From the human T2T-CHM13v2.0 reference genome, Homo sapiens, in NCBI RefSeq assembly GCF_009914755.1, contig NC_060925.1: DNA of 64,000 bases. One strand, written 5' to 3'. Below the pieces are notes generated by a model. It was not told the origin of the DNA, did not search any database, and saw nothing but the letters and a program-made list of their open reading frames with translations. Every line of letters begins with the position of its first letter. The first letter of the stretch is position 1. This document shows, piece by piece, positions 1-12,649 of the stretch. The position numbers and the translations under genes were made by a program.

Positions 1-2520
1 TTCCATTTGCTTGGTAAATATTCCTCCATCCCTTTATTTTGAGTCTATGTATGTCTTTGCACATGAGATGGGTCTCCTGAATACAGCACAATGAGGGTCT
101 TGACTCTTTATCCAATTTGCCAGTCTGTGTCTTTTAACTGGGGCATTTAGCCCATTTACATTTAAGGTTAATATTGTTATGTGTGAATTTGATCCTGTCA
201 TTATGATGCTAACTGGTTACTTTGCCCATTAGTTGATGCAGTTTCTTCATAGTGTTGATGGTCTTTACAATTTGGTATGTTTTTGCAGTGGCTGGTACCA
301 GTTTTTCCTTTCCATATTTAGTGCTTCCTTCAGGAGTTCTTGTAAGGCAGGCCTGGTGGTGACAAAATCTCTCAGCATTTGCTTGTCTGTAAAGGATTTT
401 ATTTCTCATTCACTTACGAAGCTTAGTTTGGCTGGATATGAAACTGGATATGAAATTCTGGGTTGAAGATTCTTTTCTTTAAGAATGTTGAATATTGGCC
501 CACACTCTCTTCTAGCTTGTAGGGTTTCTGCACGGACATCCACTATTGGTCTGATGGGCTTCCCTTTGTGGGTAACCCGACCTTTCTCTCTGGCTGCACT
601 TAACATTTTTTCCTTCATTTCAACCTTGGTGAATCTGACAATTACGTGTCTTGGGTTGTTCTTCTCGAGGAGTACTTTGTGGTGTTCTCTGTATTTCCTG
701 AATTTGAATGTTGGCCTGTCTTGCTAGGTTGGGATAATATCCTGAAGAGTGTTTTCCAACTTGGTTCCATTTTCCCCTTCACTTTCAGGTACACCAATCA
801 AACATAGGTTTGTTCTTTTCACATAGTCCCATATTTCTTGGCAGCTTTGTTCATTCCTTTTCATTCTTTTGTCTCTAATCTTGTCTTCATGCTTTATTTC
901 ATTAAGTTGATCTTCAGTCTCTGATATAATTTCTTCCTCTTGATCGATTCGGCTATTAATACTTGTGTATGCTTCACAAAATTCTCGTGCTGTGTTTTTC
1001 AGCTCCATTAGGTCATTTCTGTTCTTCTCTAAACTGGCTATTCTATTTAGCAATTCCTTTAACTTTTTTTAAAGGTTGTGAGCTTCCTTGCATTGGGTTG
1101 GAACATGCTCCATTAGCTCGGAGGAGTTTGTTATTAAGAGGTTTTCTGGTTTTCGGAATTTTCAGCCTTTTTGCCCTGTTTTTTCCTTATCTTCATGGAT
1201 TTATCTACCTTTGGTTTTGATATTGCTGACCTTCAGTTGGGGTTTTGGTGAGGAAGTCCTTTTTGTTGATGCTGATGCTATTCCTTTCTGTTTATTAGTT
1301 TTCCTTCTAACACTCAGGCCCCTCTGCTGCAGGTCTGCTGGAGTTTGCTGTCGGTCCACTCCAGACCCTGTTTGCCTGGATATCACCAGCAGAAGCTACA
1401 GAACAGCCAAGATTGCTGCCCTTTCCTTCCTCTGGAAGCTTTGTCTCACATGGGCACCCACCAGATGCCAGCCAGAGCTCTCCCATATGAGGTGTCTGTC
1501 AACCCCTTCTGGGAGGTGTCTCCCCATCAGGAGGCACAGGGGTCAGGTACCCACTTGAGGAGGCAATCTGTCCCTTAGCAGAGCTCAAGTGCTGTGCTTG
1601 GAGATCCACTTCTCTCCTCAGAGCCAGCAGTCAGGAATGTTTAAGTCTGCTGAAGCTGTGCCCACAGCCAACCTTCCCCCAGGTGCTCTGTTCCAGGGAG
1701 ATGAGAGTTTTATCTATACGCCCCTGACAGGGGCTGCTGCCTTTCTTTCAGAGATGTCCTGCCCAGAGAAGAAGAATCTAGAGAAGCAGTCTGGCTACAG
1801 CGGCTTTGTGGAGCTGCAGTGGGCTCTGCCCAGTTTGAAATTTCAGGCCGCTTTCTTTATACTGTGAGGGGAAAACCGTCTACTCAAGCCTCAGTAATGG
1901 TGGATGCCCTTCTCTGCACCAAGCTCGAGCATCCCAGGATGACTTCCGACTGCTGTGCTGGCAGCGAGAATTTCAAGCCAGTGGATCTTAGCTTGCTGGG
2001 CTCCATGGAGATGGGATCCACTGAGCTAGACCACTTGGCTCCCTGGCATCAGCCCCATTTCCAGGCAAGTGAATGGTTCTCTCTCCCTGGCATTCCAGGT
2101 GCCACTGGGTTATGAACAAAAACTCCTGCAGCTAGCTTGGTGTCTGCCCAAACAGCCGCCCAGTTTTGTGCTTGAAACCCAGGGCCCTGGTGGCATAGGC
2201 ACCTGAGGGAATCTCCTGGTCTATGGGTTGTGAAGACCATGGTAAAAAGGTAGTATCTCGGCTGGAAAGCACCGCTTCTCATGGCACAGTCCCTCATGGC
2301 TTCCCTTGGCTAGGGGAGGGAGTTCCCCAACCCCTTGCACTTCCCGGGTGAGGTGATGCCCCACCCTGCTTCAGCTTGCCCTCTGTGCACCCTCTGTCTA
2401 ACCAGTCTCAATGACATGAGCTGGGTACCTCAGTTAGAAATGCAGAAATCACCTACCTTCTGCAATGATTTTGATGGGAGGTGCAGACGAGCTGTTCCTA
2501 TTCAGTCATCTTGCCAGCCA
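1..2520 (-). mobile_element. LINE-1 (older L1PA-type) 5' portion: 5'UTR plus degenerate ORF1, running off the left edge
   Basis: Minus-strand ORFs 724-1053 (KRMKRNEQSCQEIWDYVKRTNLCLIGVPE) and 406-618 (MKEKMLSAAREKGRVTHKGKPIR) are L1 ORF1p fragments. An L1PA-like 5'UTR terminus lies near 2500-2520. There are stops, frameshifts and internal deletions. Confidence 0.93.
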
Positions 2521-3035
2521 CACATGCCCATCTTCATTCCATTATTTCATTTACTCTAAACATACTTTCAGGCAGTTCTTAAAATTTACTCCATTTTAAC
2601 TATAATGAATCCATGTATGAATGCATTTGTCTTTTTCTGGCTCTTTCATAGTGCTTCTTGAATTGGATGATTCTTGTCTTTTTTAAATTCTGGAAAATTC
2701 TCACACATTCTATGTTTAGTTTGACCTCCTTATTCTTCACAGTCTGTTATTATGGAAGTACTATGCTTAACACGTTGCGTCTCTCTGTTTTCTTCGATGT
2801 TACCAACAAGATGTCTTAAACTATCACCACCTGCCCCTACAAATGTACACAGGTTAGGATGTTTCATTTATCGTTTTCTGCTTGTGATACAACTTGGCTG
2901 TAACAGAAGTTCTTTCAGTGTTGAGGCTCAGAAACTCTCAAAGTTGATATTTAGTCCCTGACTATAATAAGATGTGGGAAGAGGGGACATTTCAAACTCT
3001 CCATGTTGGTCCCTTGCCCCACTCATTGAGGAAAG

Positions 3036-4175
3036 TGAAGTCTATTTTGCAAAATTAAGGCTGAGTCAGTGAAAGAGATCTAACATAACTGCCTCCGTCT
3101 TGCTTCTAAAACCCAAACTGTCCTTGTTCATTCCTGGGCATAGGCTGAGCTAACTTTGGGAGAAACTTATTTATAGTTTATAGTTTAAAACTAAGATGAT
3201 GAGGTGGGGGGCAGCCCCCGCCCGGCCAGCCCCCCCGTCCGGGAGGTGGGGGGCAGCCCCCGCCAGGCCAGCCGCTCCGTCCGGGAGGTGGGGGGCAGCC
3301 CCCACCCGGCCAGCCACCCCCTGCGGGAGGTGGGGGGCAGCCCCCGCCCGGCCGCTGCCCTGTCCCGGAGGTGGGGGGCGCCTCTGCCTGGCCGCCCCAT
3401 CTGGGAAGTGGGGAGCCCCTCTGCCCGGCCGCCACCCAATCTGGGAGGTGTACCCAGCAGCTCATTGAGAATGGGCCATGATGACGATGGCAGTTTTGTC
3501 GAGTAGAAAGGGGGGAAATGTGGGGAGAAGACAGAGAGATCGGATTCTTGTTGTGTCTGTGTGGAAAGAGGTGGAAATGGGAGACTCCATTTTGTTCTGT
3601 ACTAAGAAAAATTCTTCTGCCTTGGGATGCTGTTAATCTATAACCTTACCCCCAACCCCGTGCCCTCTGAAACATGTGCTGTGTCCACTAAGGGTTAAAT
3701 GGATTAAGGGCGGTACAAGATGTGCTTTGTTAAACAGATGCTTGAAGGCAGCATACTCCTTAAGAGTCGTCACTACTCCCTAATCTCAAGTACCCAGGGA
3801 CGCAAACACTGCGGAAGGCGGCAGGGCCCTCTGCCTAGGAAAACCAGAGACCTTTGTTCACATGTTTATCTGCTGACCTTCCCTCCACTATTGTCCTATG
3901 ACCCTGCCAAATCCCTCTCTCCGAGAAACACCCAAGAATGATCAATAAATACTAAAAAAATTAAAAAACAAAAACAAAAAAAACTAAGATGATAACAGCC
4001 CTTTCCCAAAGCAGGCCTCCTTCTTGCCTGGGGACTAGATTGCCTCTGTAGGACTAACATTAGCTACAAGATTAGAAATTATGGCTAAAGGGCATTGCAG
4101 CTTGAGACTACAAGATTCTTACCCTCCCTAAACTGCTCCTAAGATCAGTGCTTGAGATATTTTGCAGACTCTGCA
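3036..4175 (+). mobile_element. LTR8-like ERV1 LTR (partial), interrupted by an SVA
   Basis: tgaagtctattttgcaaaatt...gagatctaacataac...ctttcccaaa...gagatattttgcagac resembles the remembered LTR8 consensus. The sequence resumes collinearly after the SVA at about 3980. Confidence 0.75.
3201..3979 (+). mobile_element. 5'-truncated SVA retrotransposon (VNTR + complete SINE-R + polyA), older subfamily-like
   Basis: GC-rich VNTR at 3201-3450, SINE-R to about 3950 with AATAAA, then an A-rich tail. A 14-bp TSD aaaactaagatgat lies at 3187-3200 and 3980-3993, at a TT/AAAA L1-endonuclease site. Confidence 0.95.
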
Positions 4176-4479
4176 AATTTTAGTGCCTTAATCAATTAAA
4201 CTCCAATTATATATTTAAAATATTGATTATTTTGAATGTGTTTTAAATGCTTATGTAACAGCAAAATATCACATATAGAGTGATTACAAGCTAGTTGTCA
4301 TATTTACCTTTATGTCTATTCTAAAATAATAATAATAATGCAAGGTAAAATCATTTCATTGTTATTCTATACTAGTTTTTATATCTAACTAGATATATAA
4401 TTTGATATATTCTTAAGGTTGTATAATACATATTTTATCACATTTTCCAGTTTACAACAATCTTAGAGAAAATAAAGAG

Positions 4480-7400
4480 AAAGAAAAAAATTTGAAAGGC
4501 ATAATGGAAAATATCAGAATATTTTATGTTAAAATCAACAATACAGCACACATAACTTGATGGAACCATTTGAGATCCTGAAAATAAAAATACCTTTAAA
4601 GTACTTCAAAAAAGAAAATATGCTTATAAACTTTAAATAGAAAAACTATATTATAAAAAACAGCAGAGAATATTTCTGCAAGATATTAAATTAATTATAT
4701 AAATACTACATTTTTAAAAGAGTTCTGTAATTGGCCCATGAGAAGAGAGTTCAATGGGGCAGAGTTTGGAAATGCAAATCCTTAGGGGAATTTGGTTTAT
4801 GACAAAAATAACATCTCGGATATCTGAAGAAAGATGGATTACTTAATAAATAAAAAAACAACTAGGTATTTTTTGAAAAAATAATGTCAGATTTTAATCT
4901 CAATTATTATATAAGAAATCATTTTGCATGGGTTAGTTTCAAAATTTAAAATAAATGAAAGAGTCATTGTTATAATCTTGAAATGTGGTCTGGAAAACTC
5001 TTACTAAGAAAACGTAGGACTTGGACACTGTGAAAAGAAGAAACTGTTGAATTGTACAACATAAAAATAAGTCACTAAATTGAATTTCAAACTGGTCAAG
5101 AATGTATAGAAAAGGTATAACAGATCAAACACTAATTCATTATATTCAAATTTTGGTTCATTAAAATTAAAAATGTCTGCTCTGCAAAAGCTTTTGTTAA
5201 GAGAAAAAAAAGACAAGCCACAGACTAAAAAAAAATTGCAAAAGATAGCTGATGAAGGATTCTATGCAGAATATACAAATTAACAGTGTAAAAACAAACC
5301 GCACAATTAAAAATAGACAAAATATCTGAACAGATACTTTATTAAAGAAGATAGATGACAAATAAAGATGTTAAAATGCTCAAAATCATATATCATTTAG
5401 GAATTGCAAATTCAAACAATGAGATACTACCCTAAACCTATTATAAGTATGGCTGAAATCAAAAATACAAACAAGGACGTGAAGAACAGGAACTCTCATT
5501 CATTGCTGGTGGGAGTGCAAAATGGTATAGGAACTTTGGAAGACAGTTTGACATTCTTGCAAAGCTGAATATAAGCTTACTATATAATCTAGAAATTGTG
5601 CTTCTAAGTATAACCCAAATTAGTTGAAAACTTGATACAAATGCTTAAAGAGTCTTTTCTAATACTTGTTAAAATTGGAAGCAGTCAAGATGTGCTTCAG
5701 TAAGTGAATGAATAAACAAACTATGATAAGTCCATACAATGAACTATTACTCAGTGATAGAAAGAAATGAGTTATGAAGCCATTAAAAGACATGTAGGAA
5801 GATTAAATACATATTACTAAGTGAAATAAGTCAGTTTGAAAAGGGCACAGACTGTATGAATCCAACCGTATGAAATTCTGAGTCAGACCTATAGAGACAG
5901 TAAAAAGAGCAGTAATTGGCCAGGCTTCAGGGGAAGGGAGGGATGAACAGGTGAAGCACAGGACATTTTTATGATGGTGAAATTATATCCTATGATACTA
6001 TAACAGTGGATACATAGCATAATACATTTATATAATGAATTTGAGAATTTCAGAGGCTTATCAAGGAAAAAGATAAGCCCACAGGTGGCAGTAGCACACA
6101 AAGCTTCTACTTGGACGCTACTTGGACAGGGTTGCAAAAAGAACAGTCCTCACAGCATAAGGCCTTATAGAAGCACAGGGGACCACCATCCAGAACGCAG
6201 GAGGACAAAGGAGCTCCCAAGGATGGGAAGGGAGATGCTGCATGTCTAGATAACATCACTTCACAGCATGGTAGGAAGCTGCTGGGTCAGAGGGCTCTGA
6301 AGGGCAGCAGCCTGCAGTTTATGTAACTACAAGATTTTTCTTATCTATGGCCGGCAGATGTTGGGTGCAGTTTCCCAAGGTGTACAAAGCAGGAAGACAT
6401 AAAATGGCAAAAAAAATCTGCCTGTTGGAGATATATTTACAACAACTGGATGCGAAAACATTTCAGTTTGGCACTGTGGGCTTTTGAGCTAATGAGTCTC
6501 AGCCTGATTTAAGAAGTAAGCAACAAAGGGCCAATATGCAAAGGCCATCTCTGGCTCATTTATATAACAATTTGTTAAATCCTAGAGAATGGTACAACAC
6601 AGAGTGTCTAATGTAAACTTGGACTTTTGTTAATAATAATCTATCAATATTGGTTCATTAATTTCAATAAATGTATCACACAAATGCAAGAGGTTATCAA
6701 AAGGGGAAACTCTGTGGGAGGGGGGCAGGTAGGGAAGAGGGAGTGGGGCTATGTGGGAACTTTATATACCTTCTGCACAATTTTTCTGTGAACCTAAAAC
6801 TTCTATAGAAAATAAAGTCTATAAAAATGTTAAAAGTCAATGAGGAGAAAAAGGAGAGCGAAATAAATGGAAACTTGGGGGAAATTTTGTAATTCACAAA
6901 ATAAAATCAAAAGTCAAAACCAAATAATTCTGCACATCCAAAATATAACTAACAAGTCCATTGAATTATAAACTGGTCAGAAACACATGCAACAGTTATA
7001 ACAGATCAAAAAGAGATTTGTGCAAGTTTAATGCAAAGGAAATGTGGAGTAAGGCATTAAGTAGGCAGTTTAGAGAAAATGAATACAATTTTTTGAGAGG
7101 AAAGAAGGCCACCCTAACTCAATAAACAAGTAAAATATTATCACTGTGAGTTTCTATTTTTCATCTGTAAATTTGGAAAATACAAAAAACCCTGAAACCT
7201 GTAACACCCACCTGACAAACTCACATATGCTGTTGGTGGACATGTACACTGGTAACTATTTCAGAATATTTTTGATATCGTAATAAAAACAGCACATAGC
7301 CTTTGACAAAATAGTTCTATTCATAGAAATATTTCCTACATTCTTACTTACAGATATGCTCAAAACATATGTACAAGGGTGTTTGTGGCAGCTTTCGTTT

Positions 7401-7480
7401 TATTAGCCAAAGACTGGACACTACCCAACTACACATTGGTAAGATTTGTACCATGTAACAAGTAGCTTTTGCCAGAAATT
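4480..7480 (+). mobile_element. Fragmented old L1M (ORF2 3' end / 3'UTR pieces)
   Basis: A-rich L1 3'-region motifs, e.g. aggaactctcattcattgctggtgggagtgcaaaatggta and ttactaagtgaaataagtcag. Boundaries are approximate and an unrelated insert sits at about 6030-6570. Confidence 0.7.
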
Positions 7481-7999
7481 TTAAATCTTGTATGCCACTT
7501 ATTGGTTCAGGATTTTAATGTATATGTCTCTAAATAAACTATATTTATGTCTGCTTTGCATTGATCCCCTTCCACTGCAAATTTTCATCACCTATCGAGG
7601 TCCCACCAGCCTATTGTGTCTTTGCTTATCTTACTGTACAGATAACTCACATGGATTCCAATATGGACCACAATTTGGACAGCTTCTTCATTGTATAAGA
7701 TATAAGTAAATCATGTCACCTCAATACAAATATTGAGTTCTTGAGGGCAAATGTTAGGTCTTCTTCATTTGTTGTTGTTTTTTTTTTTCTCCCTGGAACC
7801 TAATACATGATAAAGACTTGCTGATTAGAAGTAATTTTTCCTAACCATAAGACAGTTCTTATAGTACATATCCTCATTACATAACTATGTATTAAACCTA
7901 AGGAAAATGCTCAAGAGTTTGTCCCTTTTGTTTGGTCCTTGCTTTTTCTGGCACACTTCATATTGCCAAGGCCCGTAAGGGTAAGAGAGAGAGTCATAC

Positions 8000-8080
8000 C
8001 TGAACTTGATATTGTCATCTGGAGGAGATTCATAACAACAAAGTATCTGGAGAAAGATAGCCCTGTAGTTTCCATTATAC
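8000..8080 (-). pseudogene. SKINT1L: SKINT1L (Skint1-like, butyrophilin family) signal-peptide exon; encodes METTGLSFSRYFVVMNLLQMTISSS + 1 nt
   Basis: On the - strand: acceptor cctaatttcttatcacag|, strong-Kozak ataATGG at 8075, 76 coding nt, phase-1 donor TCAG|gtatga. The hydrophobic leader resembles mouse Skint1 (..FLQMVTPSS, recalled) and the position upstream of SLC5A9 fits the known locus. The IgV exon is not in the window. Confidence 0.8.
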
Positions 8081-8176
8081 CTGTGATAAGAAATTAGGCA
8101 GGTTCAGTGAGAACAGGATTAATATGTCACAGAAATCACATATCTCCACATCTTCCTGCAGTAATTAACTCTCAAA

Positions 8177-8302
8177 TAGAGTTACCAGATGAAACGTAGA
8201 ACCCCCAGTTAGATTTGAATTTCAGATCGGCAGTGCAAGTTTTTTGGTATAAATATTTCTTGTGCATCATATAATTTTTATTTTCTAAATCTGGTAACTC
8301 TA
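8177..8302. mobile_element. Short hAT-type MITE fossil (MER53-like)
   Basis: Perfect 14-bp terminal inverted repeats: tagagttaccagat (8177-8190) and atctggtaactcta (8289-8302). Confidence 0.7.
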
Positions 8303-9929
8303 CTTTTAAGATGTTCAATATAATGACCAAGTCCAGCCAGAGGCTTCTTTCTCATTAAAGGATTTCTTCCTCCCAGGCTAGATGTCATTTGTCTTCTGGT
8401 GTTGTAAATTTCATCAGGTGAACCTGCTTTTCCAGAGAAAGTGGCAGCAGATCTAGGGAGTAGGTCTTGTTCTCCAAAACCTTAGCCTAAGCATCTGCCA
8501 CATTTAGTTACATTTAGGTTCAAAGAAAAATTTAAAGACATCTTTAGATCTATTATTCTTATGGAATGAATAAGTAACCACTTTATAAGAGAATATGACT
8601 TTCTTTTCTTTAGTTGTGGCAATCCCTCAGAATTTCCTGCTTCTGAAGAACTCACAAATAGAGACAGATGAATGAGCCTATATGGCCATGGAGAACAAAG
8701 GGTAAAACACAATTGCATATTTTAGTCTAATGTGAAGGTTTTTCATCAGTTCTATAATGTTTTGGCTTTTGATTCAGCAGACAAATGTGATGGTTATCTA
8801 TCCCTCAACAAAAAAAGTTTGCTAGATTCTAGGGTCATAGACAAGTGAACAGACACTTGGATAGTAACAATAATGTAAAACTGCCATCTTATGTACATGG
8901 GCAGTTCTTGCAACCTTGGAGAGCAATTCACTCTGCAGCATCATGGCAGGGAGAAGATCCACAAAGTGAAGACTTTACTAGTGAGGTGGTGTCAACATTT
9001 TGAAGAATGAGGTGGTTATCTCATAGAGTATAAAGGGAATGGGGACATACACCAGATTCAATATGCAGAAACCCTACTGAGCAAGGGAAATTGAGGAATA
9101 TATTTGTCTATCAAGATTAAGGAATGAGGCAGAGAGCACACTGTGAAGGGCTTCATATGCTAGGGTAATGAATTTAAGCTTTATCCTCTAGGATAGGAAC
9201 TACTAAGAGGCTAAGAGGTAGTATGCATAGTGATTAAAAGCGAGGTCCTAAAATGGTACTGCTAAGTAGAAATCCTGTTTTTACTATTTAGTTGTATGAA
9301 CTTAAGCAAGTTACTATAAAAACACTCTGTGACTCTGTTTATTCAGCTGTAAGTAAGGAATAATAATTTTTCCTCATTACATTTATTGTTGGAATTGATT
9401 GAATTATTATATATAAAGTGGTCATAATGGTGCCTAATAGGTACTATACTATAAAGTATAAGTACTACAAGAAAATTAAGAATGATAAAGTATTTGTTCA
9501 CTCATCATTTTTAGTATATTGAATTTTATTGTTTAAGAGGGATAAAAAGCAGGGGCTTTGGAACCAGATTCAAATCTCGACTCATAATTTTCATTAAAAC
9601 AAAAAAGTCCTCATTGTCCTCAAGTTTTAGTTACTGCTTCCTGCTCCTGCTCCCTCAAGCCCAGGCCTGGTCACAATCCTTTTATTTTAGCTCCAGGATA
9701 TTGCAATAGGATTTCCCTACACCTTGTTCACACATTTGTAAATGATCTTTTATTTGAATGCCCCAAAATTTGAGCATTTCAACTTTTTTTTTTTTTATTA
9801 GAACCATGACTGATGAGGAACTGGTACTTAAAGTGTCTCCCAGAAAGAAACCCTCCAAATATGATTCTGAAATTGGTTTTCTTATGTATTCGAGGAGGGC
9901 ACAGCTAATGTATGGATGCAATTTGCCAA

Positions 9930-11040
9930 TATTTGAGGTACAAAGATTAACTGCAAGTGAGGAGTAAGGTACAGAGAAGAAAACAAAATGACTTGTTTGC
10001 TATGGCAAAAAATAGTAATTGTAAAGACTGTGCAGTCCTCTACCTTCTTCAGACTACCCTGGAAGACGGACTTAAGGAAAAGGGGCAATTTAAAGTTCTA
10101 AATAGACAACTGAGAACATGTTCGAAAAACCCAGAGGTCTCCATTTCAGCTCTGAAGGAGTCCCTCATCTTCTCCCTAGCCAAAAGACATGCAGTAGAGG
10201 ACTTTTAGTTTTCAGGAACCTAATAGGTTAGATGGGCACATCTATAATTAAAGGGACACTCATTCACCTTGAAGGGACAAATACTCTGTTATTGGAGCTG
10301 ATGTCCCTGCCAGCAGCACTTCTTAATGCACAACTCATATACATACAGAATGCCCTTTCATTCCATGATATCCCATACAACAGCAGTCCCCAACCTTTTT
10401 GATACCAAGGACAGATTTCATGGAAAACAGTTTTTCCATGGACTGGGGGAAGGGAGGATTAGTTTGGTGATGTATCAAGTGCCTTAAATCTATTGGGCAG
10501 TTTATTTCTACTATTATAGCATTGTAATATGTAATGAAATAATTATGCAACTCACCATGATGTAGAATCAGTGGGAGGCCTGACCTGGTTTTCCTGCAAC
10601 TAGATGGTCCCACCTGGGCGTGACAGTGGGAGACAGTGACAGATCATCAGGCATAAGGAGCATGCAATTTAGATCCCTCACATGCACAGTTTACAATAGG
10701 TTTCGCACTCATATTAATCTAATGCTGCTGCTGATCTGACAGGAGACGGAGCTCAGGAGGTAATGTGAGCACTGGGGATGACCTATAAATACAGATGGAG
10801 CTTCGCTTGCTGGCCCTGCACTCACTTCCTGCTGTTGGCCTGATTTCTAACAGGCCATGGAGCAGCAACAGTCTGTGGCCCAGGGGTGGGGACCCCTGCT
10901 ATACAACATTGTCTCTCACAAACAGAATCATTTTACAGCAAATGAAGCACAGCAATGGGCTTAACACCATGACATTCTCTAGTCTCACCACATTCCCACA
11001 ACTCAGATACAGCTGACTTCATAAAGCCTGTAATAGGCTC
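9930..11040 (+). mobile_element. Degenerate ERV-L internal sequence (gag-like and integrase fragments)
   Basis: ALKESLIFS-like gag remnant near 10100-10190. Integrase-like sequence (..HDIP/YNIVSH...NHFTANEAQQWA..) lies on either side of the MER1A insertion. Confidence 0.65.
10381..10898 (+). mobile_element. MER1A-like hAT-Charlie DNA transposon
   Basis: Termini cagcagtccccaacc...ggggacccctg, 518 bp long, with an 8-bp TSD ccatacaa (10373-10380) / ctatacaa (10899-10906). Confidence 0.85.
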
Positions 11041-11959
11041 AGGTAGGACATGTGGGACATGCCTTAAACTAGTGGCTAACTACAGGACTGTCAAGTCCCT
11101 GGAAATGTGGAATGGAGTTCCCTCTAGATGGCACAAAGAAGAGAGAGGAATAAAAATGAAGACCATCAATGAAGCAAGGACTATGTCCGTAAATCTTACT
11201 AAATCTACTCACCTACTTGAGCCAGGTGATCCAAATCAGTTCTCTGTTGTCCCTACAGAATGAGTCTCAATTGAGTCACATGAATTTCAACAGTGCTTCA
11301 GCAGTTTTCTTGTAGCTAAGGCAGGATGTGCCAGAGTGAGATGGGGATCAGGCAAACTGCCTATCAAAGCCCTTTCCTCTGCTGTCAAACTCAGGGAATC
11401 TGATTCTGCCAGCCTGATTCTTATGTTCCAGTCCAAGGGAAATTCCCAGGGGACTGGCTGCTTCAACCTGTGGGTAGAACTCTTTGTTCAGCTTCAGTGA
11501 TCACAGCTGGCAGTATGAAAGTACTAACATGACACGCCTCACTCTGAAGGAAAGCAAGATGTAACCTGATGTACATATTTCATGTAATTGGTGCTGAACA
11601 AAATGGCTGCGATGAGTTTATTTTGAATGCTGAACCTGTACCTAGAAAGGAAAGGAGGGAAGCTGTGGAAGCACAAATAAAAGGCACTAAATTCAGATTA
11701 AGCATTCAAGGAAGGTTTAGGAAGCTGATAATGGCTGAGAGGAGTCTTAAAATAAAATTACCCGCTAAGCCCAGTTAAGAAAGGCTTAACTGAGTAGTCT
11801 TTCCAGGCTAAGGAAGCAATAGTTTGAAAGACACAGGAGAAGATGGGCAACTCAGAAATTTTCAAGCAGTTTACTGTGGCTGGAATGGGAGTTCGGATGG
11901 GAGGGAAGGATGAGAGGTGAGCTGAAGAGAGAAACAAAGGTAAAATGATGAAGAGTGTA

Positions 11960-12070
11960 ATTTCAATAAATATATGATATATATTTCATATATTTCATAT
12001 ATGAAATATGTTTCAATATATATATTTCAATAAATATATGATATATATTTCATATATTTCATATATGAAA
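11960..12070. repeat. Exact 47-bp AT-rich direct repeat (x2), followed by TA/TACA low-complexity sequence to about 12335
   Basis: atttcaataaatatatgatatatatttcatatatttcatatatgaaa occurs at 11960-12006 and 12024-12070. Confidence 0.9.
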
Positions 12071-12334
12071 GTAACTATTTATAGATAATAAAGGTTATAT
12101 AAATGCATAAGTACAGATAACATAGGTACATATATAAGTACATGTATAACATGTACAGGTATACATGTGTAAAATATGTATACAATGTACACATGTACAT
12201 GTACATATTTATAAATGATTACGCATATTTATGCATGTTTACATATATGTTCATATGCATGAGTTTATATGTACACAAGTATATATATTCATACAGCACA
12301 TGTGTACGTGTAAATGGTGATCCATGTATGTACG

Positions 12335-12560
12335 TACAGTCATCCTTTGGCATGCTCAAGTGATTCGTTCTAGGATCCACGAGGATAACAAAATTCGAGG
12401 ACACTCAACTTAATGTTTGCACAGAACCTGCACACATCCTCCTATGTATGTTAAATCATCTCTAGATTACTTGTAATAGCTAAATTGATATAAAATACTA
12501 TGTAAATACTTGCTATGCTTTATTATTTTTTATTTGTATTATTTTTGTTGTATTGTTCAT
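12335..12560 (+). mobile_element. MER2-like TcMar-Tigger fragment
   Basis: tacagtcatcc...ttaaatcatctctagattacttgtaata matches the remembered MER2 consensus. Confidence 0.6.
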
Positions 12561-12649
12561 TTTTATTTTTTTGTATTTCTTTAAGTTTTATTTTAGGTTC
12601 AGCGATATATGTGCAGGTTTGTTATATACATAAACTGCATGTCATGATG

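Noticed and set aside
11046-11064. Possible p63/p53 element ggacatgtgggacatgcct near the putative SKINT1L 5' end
   Set aside because: The CATG cores are 9 bp apart rather than the canonical 10, and only one half-site is perfect.
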